Assembly (NCBI GenBank): GCA_047601855.1
Contig: JASGIM010000001.1
Coordinates: 2,820-66,819 of the forward strand
Direction of reading: 5' to 3'
DNA length: 64,000 bases
DNA from: Flavobacteriales bacterium
GTDB taxonomy: Bacteria > Bacteroidota > Bacteroidia > Flavobacteriales_F > PHOS-HE28
Below are positions 58,274 to 64,000 of the stretch, piece after piece. Every line of letters starts with the position of its first letter. Positions within the stretch are counted from its first letter, which is position 1. The notes under the pieces are model-generated. The model made no database searches. It was not told the DNA's origin and saw nothing but the letters and a program-made list of their open reading frames with translations. Made by a program: the position numbers and the translations under genes.

Positions 58274-59392
58274 TCAGCGGAGCAGTTCCACGATCCGCTC
58301 CGCATTGCGTCGGTTGCTGAACCGCTCTTCGAGGATGGCGATGCGCTTCTCCAGCGTGGACCCGTTCGCGGGCTTGCCCATGCAGGCCTGGATCGCCAGG
58401 CGCATCGTTGCGGGATCGTCCTTCACGTGACAGAGCTCTTCCAGGCCGGTGCCCTTCACCATGGGGGTGTTGCACACCACGTGGCGGCCCTGGAAAAGGC
58501 AGAGCAGCAACTTCAGCTTGATGCCCGTGGCCTGGAAGGTGGGCAGCACGTTCACCTGGGCAGTGCGCACCAGGTCCGTGATCTCCGCCGTGGGAATGCC
58601 TTCGCGCAATTCCACGTTCGGCGCATAGGCCACGGCGGCCTTCAATTCCGCGCTGGCCCCGCTGCCGGCGATCACCAGCTTTTCACGCAGACCATTGAAC
58701 ACCTCGTTCACCAGGAAGAGCGCGGCCTGATCGTTCTCCGGCACGCCGAGCGCGCCGTGGTAAAGGCAGAACTCCCCCATGCCGTCGGGCACTTCCACGC
58801 GTTCAGCGGGATGGAAGGCGGGGACCTGCGTGGCGTGGCGGAAGTGCTTCGCGAAGTAGGCCTGGTCGTTGGGCGAGATAGTGAGCAGGCGATCGGCCTC
58901 GCTCAGCACGGGTTCGAAGCGCTTGAGCTTGCGGGCTTCGCGGATGAAGTACGTGCGCTTGAAGGTGCTCCGCTCGGCGCGGGCCAGCGCCGCATAGTAG
59001 TCATGCTCCACGTTGTGGGTACGCACCAGCCGCAGGCGGCCATGCAGGCGGGGATCCCCCAGGTGGAAGCAGGAATGCAGTCCTTCGAAAAGGATCGGAT
59101 GATCGTCCTTCAGCAGGCGCTCCACCAAGGCCTCGCTGCGGCGCCCGGCCACCACGTATGGAAGACGGCCCAGGAGCAGCAGTTTGCCCGTGTGGCGCTG
59201 GTAGTAGTGTACGCTGGCGCACCACTTTCTCAGTTCCGCGCTGTGCGGACGGCCGTACTCGAAGCAGTGCAGATGCACCTTCACACCGAGGCCGTGCAAG
59301 GCCTTCACCTTGTGGAAGACGTCGATCACCCCGCCGTAGTCCGGGGGTGCCGGCACATCGAAGCTGATGATATGGAGGTGGCGTTCGGTCAA
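58274..59392 (-). CDS. Glycosyltransferase family 1/4 (GT-B)
   Basis: 372 aa. MTERHLHIISFDVPAPPDYGGVIDVFHKVKALHGLGVKVHLHCFEYG... The C-terminal half has a GT1 fold. Confidence 0.75.
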   Translation of the reverse strand: MTERHLHIISFDVPAPPDYGGVIDVFHKVKALHGLGVKVHLHCFEYGRPHSAELRKWCASVHYYQRHTGKLLLLGRLPYVVAGRRSEALVERLLKDDHPILFEGLHSCFHLGDPRLHGRLRLVRTHNVEHDYYAALARAERSTFKRTYFIREARKLKRFEPVLSEADRLLTISPNDQAYFAKHFRHATQVPAFHPAERVEVPDGMGEFCLYHGALGVPENDQAALFLVNEVFNGLREKLVIAGSGASAELKAAVAYAPNVELREGIPTAEITDLVRTAQVNVLPTFQATGIKLKLLLCLFQGRHVVCNTPMVKGTGLEELCHVKDDPATMRLAIQACMGKPANGSTLEKRIAILEERFSNRRNAERIVELLR

Positions 59393-60507
59393 GCGTTCCT
59401 CAGCACCGCGACCAGTTCTTCCATCTCCTTCCCCCCATCCAGTTCGCGGGCCGCGAAAGTAGCGTTCTGCCGCAAGGCGGCGGTCCGCGCGCCATCCGAG
59501 AACACGTGGCGGACGGCCGCCGCGATGGCCGCGGGCGTGGGCACGGCGCTCACCACCACCCCGGCGTCATACCGCCGCACGATGCGCGCCACTTCCGGCA
59601 GGTCCGTGGCCAGCACGGGGATGCCCGCGTGCAGGTAGTCGAAGAGCTTGTTGGGCAGGCTGAAACGGTAGTTCAGGTTCGTGTCCTTGTCCAGGGTGAG
59701 GCCCAGGTCCGCGTTGCGGGTGTAGGCCATCATCCGTACATAAGGCATCTTGCCCAAGAGACGCACGCGATCCTGCAAACGATGCTCGGCCACCAGCCGC
59801 TCCAGCACCGGCCAGGCATCCCCACCGCCGATGATGAGCAGCAGGCAACCCGGCAACTCGCGCATGGCCAGCACGACCTCTTCCGCTCCACGGTCCACGT
59901 TGATGCCCGCCCCTTGCAGCACCAGGATGTGCCGGTCCGCAGGCAGCCCCAGCTCGGAACGCGTGGGCAACGGCCCCAGGTCCCGCCGCATGGGGATGTT
60001 GCGCACCACGTGCAGCTCCTTGCCGTACCGCTCCTTATAGGCGCTGGCGATGCTCTCGTTCACCGTGATGATGGTGCGCAGCTTGGGGAAGGCCCACCGT
60101 TCGATGCGGAGCCAAATCGCGCGCACGCGGGGGCGGGCCACGAGCTCCGGCACCTCGGTGTAGAACTCATGCGTGTCGTACACCAGTTTCCGGCCACGGC
60201 GGGCCAGCAGGTTGGCCGGCAGCGTGTCGAGGTCGTTCGCCAGCAGCAGCCCGGCGCGGCGGAAAAGCAGGAAAAAGAAGAGCCGCAGCTCGTACTCGGC
60301 ATAGAACAGCGGCCCCTTGTTGAACAGCAGCCGCATGCGGTGCGTGCGGTAGGGCCGGTCCAGCGGCAGGCTGCCCGGCAGACGGCGCCCCACCAGCAGC
60401 ACGTCGTAGCCCAGCTCCCCCAGCGCCAGACAGGTGCGGTGCACGCGGTTGTCCGTGGCCAGGTCATTGGTCACGCTAACAAGCGCGCGTGGACGCGGGG
60501 CTGCCAT
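59389..60507 (-). CDS. Glycosyltransferase family 4
   Basis: MAAPRPRALVSVTNDLATDNRVHRTCLALGELGYDVLLVGRR...LPNKLFDYLHAGIPVLATDLPEVARIV... The stop overlaps the downstream GT start. Confidence 0.75.
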   Translation of the reverse strand: MAAPRPRALVSVTNDLATDNRVHRTCLALGELGYDVLLVGRRLPGSLPLDRPYRTHRMRLLFNKGPLFYAEYELRLFFFLLFRRAGLLLANDLDTLPANLLARRGRKLVYDTHEFYTEVPELVARPRVRAIWLRIERWAFPKLRTIITVNESIASAYKERYGKELHVVRNIPMRRDLGPLPTRSELGLPADRHILVLQGAGINVDRGAEEVVLAMRELPGCLLLIIGGGDAWPVLERLVAEHRLQDRVRLLGKMPYVRMMAYTRNADLGLTLDKDTNLNYRFSLPNKLFDYLHAGIPVLATDLPEVARIVRRYDAGVVVSAVPTPAAIAAAVRHVFSDGARTAALRQNATFAARELDGGKEMEELVAVLRNA

Positions 60508-60560
60508 GCGGTCAAAGTAAACGGGAGCGGCGCTAGTAAACTTGCGCCGCCTATCCGTGG

Positions 60561-60620
60561 TCATCCTTCGGGCGCCTGCGCCAAAGCGCTTCGGCGTCGG
60601 CGCGCAGGCTCAGGGTGATA
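60561..60620. repeat. REP/MITE-like element, 62-bp long form in inverted orientation
   Basis: Reverse complement: CCACTATCACCCTGAGCCTGCGCGCCGACGCCGAAGCGCTTTGGCGCAGGCGCCCGAAGGATGA. Nearly identical to the copy at 38934-38995. Lies in the GT4 / murB divergent intergenic region. Confidence 0.85.
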
Positions 60621-60642
60621 GTGGGAGCGGCGTGTATCTTCC

Positions 60643-61674
60643 ATGGACATCCACCGCGACGTCGATCTACAGCCTTACAATACGTTCCACGTAGCGGCCC
60701 GCGCGGCGTGGTTCGCACCGTTCACCACGGCGGACGAACTGCGGCATGCGCTCACGGACGACCGCCTCCAAAGCCTGCCGCGGCTGGTGCTGGGCGGTGG
60801 CAGCAACATGCTGTTCACGCGCGACTGGCCCGGCGTGGTGCTGCGCAACGAGATCCCCGGCATCGAACTGCTCAGCGACGACGGCGATACTATCGTGGTG
60901 CGGGCGGGTGCCGGCGTGGTGTGGCATGAACTGGTGCTGCACTGCGTGGGCATGGGCTGGGGCGGCCTGGAGAACCTCTCGCTGATCCCCGGCCGCGTGG
61001 GCGCGGGGCCGATACAGAACATCGGCGCGTACGGTGTGGAGATCAAGGACCGGTTCGACCACCTGGAAGCACTGCGCATCAGCGACGGCGAGGTGGTGCG
61101 GTTCAGCGCAGTGGACTGCCGCTTCGGCTACCGGGAAAGCTTCTTCAAGCGCGAGGGCAAGGACCGCTTCATCATCCTGAACGTGGCGTTCCGCCTGAAG
61201 AAGAACGCGGAGGTGCACGTGGCGTACGGCAGCATCCAGAGCGAACTGGCGAAATACAACGTGGCGCACCCGACGATCAAGGACGTGAGCGACGCGGTGA
61301 TCCGCATCCGCAGCAGCAAACTGCCCGCCCCCAGGCAGGTGGGCAACGCGGGCAGCTTCTTCAAGAACCCGGTGGTGGAAGCCGCACAGGCCGATCGCCT
61401 CCGGGAACACATCCCGGACCTGGTGACCTTCCCCGCGACGGACGGCCACGTGAAGCTGGCGGCAGGCCAGCTGATCGAAAAGGCCGGTTGGAAGGGCTAC
61501 CGCCACGATCTGCCGGACCACGGCGGCTATGGCGTGCATAAGGACCAGGCGCTCGTGCTGGTGAACTACGGCGGCGCGTCCGGCCACGCCATCTACGACC
61601 TCAGCACCCGCATGCTCGAGGACGTGGAACGCCGCTACGGCGTGGCACTGGAGCGGGAAGTGAACATCATTTAG
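60643..61674 (+). CDS. murB: UDP-N-acetylenolpyruvoylglucosamine reductase
   Basis: 343 aa. FAD-binding ...LVLGGGSNMLF...; ...GWGGLENLSLIPGRVGAGPIQNIGAYGVE...; C-terminal ...GNAGSFFKNP... Confidence 0.9.
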   Translation: MDIHRDVDLQPYNTFHVAARAAWFAPFTTADELRHALTDDRLQSLPRLVLGGGSNMLFTRDWPGVVLRNEIPGIELLSDDGDTIVVRAGAGVVWHELVLHCVGMGWGGLENLSLIPGRVGAGPIQNIGAYGVEIKDRFDHLEALRISDGEVVRFSAVDCRFGYRESFFKREGKDRFIILNVAFRLKKNAEVHVAYGSIQSELAKYNVAHPTIKDVSDAVIRIRSSKLPAPRQVGNAGSFFKNPVVEAAQADRLREHIPDLVTFPATDGHVKLAAGQLIEKAGWKGYRHDLPDHGGYGVHKDQALVLVNYGGASGHAIYDLSTRMLEDVERRYGVALEREVNII

Positions 61675-61795
61675 GAGGCGAAAGGGTCAAGGGGCAAGGC
61701 AAACAACGCCCTTCACTCTCTCCTTCCCTCCTTTCCGATCCGCGGACCGTTTGGCCGGTCCGTTGGAAGCGTAGACCTTCGCACCCCTCAACCTC

Positions 61796-63982
61796 TTGCC
61801 CATGCGCCGTGCCGCCCTTGTGCTGTCGTTCCTCCTGGCCGTTTGCGCCGTTGACGCCCAGGAAAAGCTGAAGGACCTCTCCCTGAAGGACGCCATCACG
61901 AAAGCCTATTCCGAGTATGCGCCCGAGCAATTGAAGGGGCTGGCCTGGATTCCGGGAACGGAGGAATTCTCCTACGTGAAGGACGACGTACTGATGCGTG
62001 GAGCGGTGTCCAAAAAGAGCGATACGCAGCTGGTGACCCTGGCGCAGTTGAACGCGGCGCTGCCCAAAGGCACGGCATCGCTCCGGTACTTCCCGCCCAT
62101 CGACTGGATCGGCCCGGACGCCTTCCAGTTCGACCTCGGCGAACGCATCATGCGCTACGACCTGAAGCAAGGCGCCTGCACCACGGTGCTCAACGTCGAT
62201 GCGGAAGCCGAGCGCCAGGACCTGGACGACAGCAAGCAGCGCATCGCCTACACGATAGGCGAAGACCTGTACGTCACGCTCTCCGACAAGGAGCCGGCCG
62301 TGCGCGTGACCAACGACGGCGCGGACGGCATCGTGAACGGCCGTAGCGTACACCGCGAGGAATACGGCATCACCAAAGGCACGTTCTGGAGCCCCGGCGG
62401 CAACCGCCTCGCCTTCTACCGCATGGACGAAACGATGGTGACACCCTACCAATTGGAGGACATCACCACCAAGCCCAGCACGTTCAAGAAGATCCGTTAC
62501 CCTATGGCCGGGCAGGCTAGCCACCACGTCACGCTGGGCGTGTTCGACGCGCGCACGAAGAGGACGGTCTTCCTGAAGACCACCGGCGCGCCGGACGACT
62601 ACCTCACCAACATCAGCTGGGAGCCGACGGAGAAGTACGTGTTCGTCATCCACCTTGACCGCGCCACCGACCACCTGCGCGTGGTACAATACGATGCCGC
62701 CACCGGCGAGCCGGTGAAGACCCTGATCGAGGAGGACGACAAGAAGTGGCTGGAGCCGCAGCATCCCCTCACCTTCCTGAAGCGCGCGCCCACGCAGTTC
62801 ATCTACTGGAGCCAGAAGGATGGATACTGCCACCTCTACCTGCACGACACGGGGAAAGGCCTGCTGCGCCAGCTCACCAAGGGCAGCTGGGTGGTGAAGC
62901 GCATCACCGGCATGGACGCCAAGGAGACGGCGATCTACGTGGAGGGTACGGGCATCATCGACCAGAAGGATCCGAAGGGCGCCATGGAAACGCACCTGTA
63001 CCGCGTGGAGCTCGCGACCGGCCGGACCACGCGCCTGACCCAGGCGCCCGGCACGCACCACGGCGAACTTTCCGGGAGCGGCCGCTTCCTGATGGACACC
63101 TGGAGCAGCATCGCCGTACCCGGCCGCACCGAAGTGCTGGACGCCGCGAAGGGCAACACCTTGAAGATGGTGAAGGACAGCCGCGATCCATTGGCTGGCA
63201 TGAACGTGGGTACCATCGAACTCGTGCAGATCCCCGGCGAGAACGGCGACGTATTGAACGCCCGGTTGGTCAAGCCGCGCGGCTTCGATGCGTCGAAGAA
63301 ATATCCCGTGCTGGTGTACCTCTACAACGGCCCGCACGTGCGCCTGGTCAGCAACGCGTTCCTCGGCGGCGCCAACCTGTGGATGCTGCATGCCGCGCAA
63401 CGCGGCTACCTCGTGTTCACGGTGGATGGGCACGGCAGCGAGGACCGCGGGCGTGACTTCGAGCAGGTGATCCACCGCCAGCTGGGCACCGTGGAAATGA
63501 AGGACCAGCTGCACGGCGTGGAGTACCTCAAGAGCCTCCCCTACGTGGACAGCGGCCGCATGGCGGTGCATGGCTGGAGCTTCGGCGGCTTCATGACCAC
63601 GTCGCTGATGCTGAAGGCGCCCGGCACCTTCCAGGTGGGCGTGGCCGGCGGTCCGGTGATGGACTGGAGCATGTACGAGGTGATGTACACCGAACGCTAC
63701 ATGGACACGCCGGAGGAGAACCCCGACGGCTATGCCAACGCGCTGCTCATCGACAAGACGCAGAACCTGCAAGGCAGCTTCCTGCTGATCCACGACAACA
63801 TGGACGACACCGTGCTGCCCGAGCACAGCATGCGCTTCCTGAAAAGCTGCGTGGACAAGAGCATGCAGCTGGATTTCTTCATGTACCCCGGCCACCCCCA
63901 CAACGTGCGCGGCAAGGACCGTGTACACCTGATGACCAAGGTGCTGGGCTACATCGATACCCACCTCGGCGTGGGGCATTGA
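61796..63982 (+). CDS. S9-family serine peptidase (dipeptidyl-peptidase IV-like beta-propeller plus prolyl-oligopeptidase catalytic domain)
   Basis: Signal peptide MPMRRAALVLSFLLAVCAVDAQ. Catalytic serine motif HGWSFGGFMT. ...LLIHDNMDDTV... and ...HPHNV... complete the triad region. Confidence 0.85.
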   Translation: MPMRRAALVLSFLLAVCAVDAQEKLKDLSLKDAITKAYSEYAPEQLKGLAWIPGTEEFSYVKDDVLMRGAVSKKSDTQLVTLAQLNAALPKGTASLRYFPPIDWIGPDAFQFDLGERIMRYDLKQGACTTVLNVDAEAERQDLDDSKQRIAYTIGEDLYVTLSDKEPAVRVTNDGADGIVNGRSVHREEYGITKGTFWSPGGNRLAFYRMDETMVTPYQLEDITTKPSTFKKIRYPMAGQASHHVTLGVFDARTKRTVFLKTTGAPDDYLTNISWEPTEKYVFVIHLDRATDHLRVVQYDAATGEPVKTLIEEDDKKWLEPQHPLTFLKRAPTQFIYWSQKDGYCHLYLHDTGKGLLRQLTKGSWVVKRITGMDAKETAIYVEGTGIIDQKDPKGAMETHLYRVELATGRTTRLTQAPGTHHGELSGSGRFLMDTWSSIAVPGRTEVLDAAKGNTLKMVKDSRDPLAGMNVGTIELVQIPGENGDVLNARLVKPRGFDASKKYPVLVYLYNGPHVRLVSNAFLGGANLWMLHAAQRGYLVFTVDGHGSEDRGRDFEQVIHRQLGTVEMKDQLHGVEYLKSLPYVDSGRMAVHGWSFGGFMTTSLMLKAPGTFQVGVAGGPVMDWSMYEVMYTERYMDTPEENPDGYANALLIDKTQNLQGSFLLIHDNMDDTVLPEHSMRFLKSCVDKSMQLDFFMYPGHPHNVRGKDRVHLMTKVLGYIDTHLGVGH

Positions 63983-64000
63983 CCCCCCGCTCAGGGCAAG

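Overview
This 64 kb window is high-GC (about 65%) chromosomal DNA with clear Bacteroidota hallmarks. It carries the conserved cluster rpoC<-rpoB<-rplL<-rplJ<-rplA<-rplK<-nusG<-secE<-tRNA-Trp<-tuf<-tRNA(Thr,Gly,Tyr,Thr)<-hpf<-xerC-like<-rpsU, all on the minus strand. Housekeeping genes fill most of the rest: acyl-CoA dehydrogenase, ComEA-like, rfbD-like, pyrF, prfA, purM, glnN (glutamine synthetase III), tatA, secDF, mdh, gyrB, ftsE, murB and an S9 peptidase. There is also a glycosyltransferase / PIG-L deacetylase / LpxD-like acyltransferase cluster. Five genes encode type IX secretion cargo: two tandem paralogous PKD proteins with type-B C-terminal sorting domains, an FG-GAP protein with a type-A domain, an ECF sigma / anti-sigma pair in which the anti-sigma carries PKD domains and a type-B domain, and a roughly 1,030 aa adhesin with a choice-of-anchor-L N-terminus. 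A family of palindromic REP/MITE-like intergenic repeats is present at five loci. At least eleven genes, including essential rpoB, rpoC and prfA, show single-nucleotide frame disruptions; nine of these lie within a few bases of a GATC site. I read this as methylation-associated basecalling indels rather than pseudogenisation. No CRISPR arrays, rRNA genes or obvious mobile elements are present.
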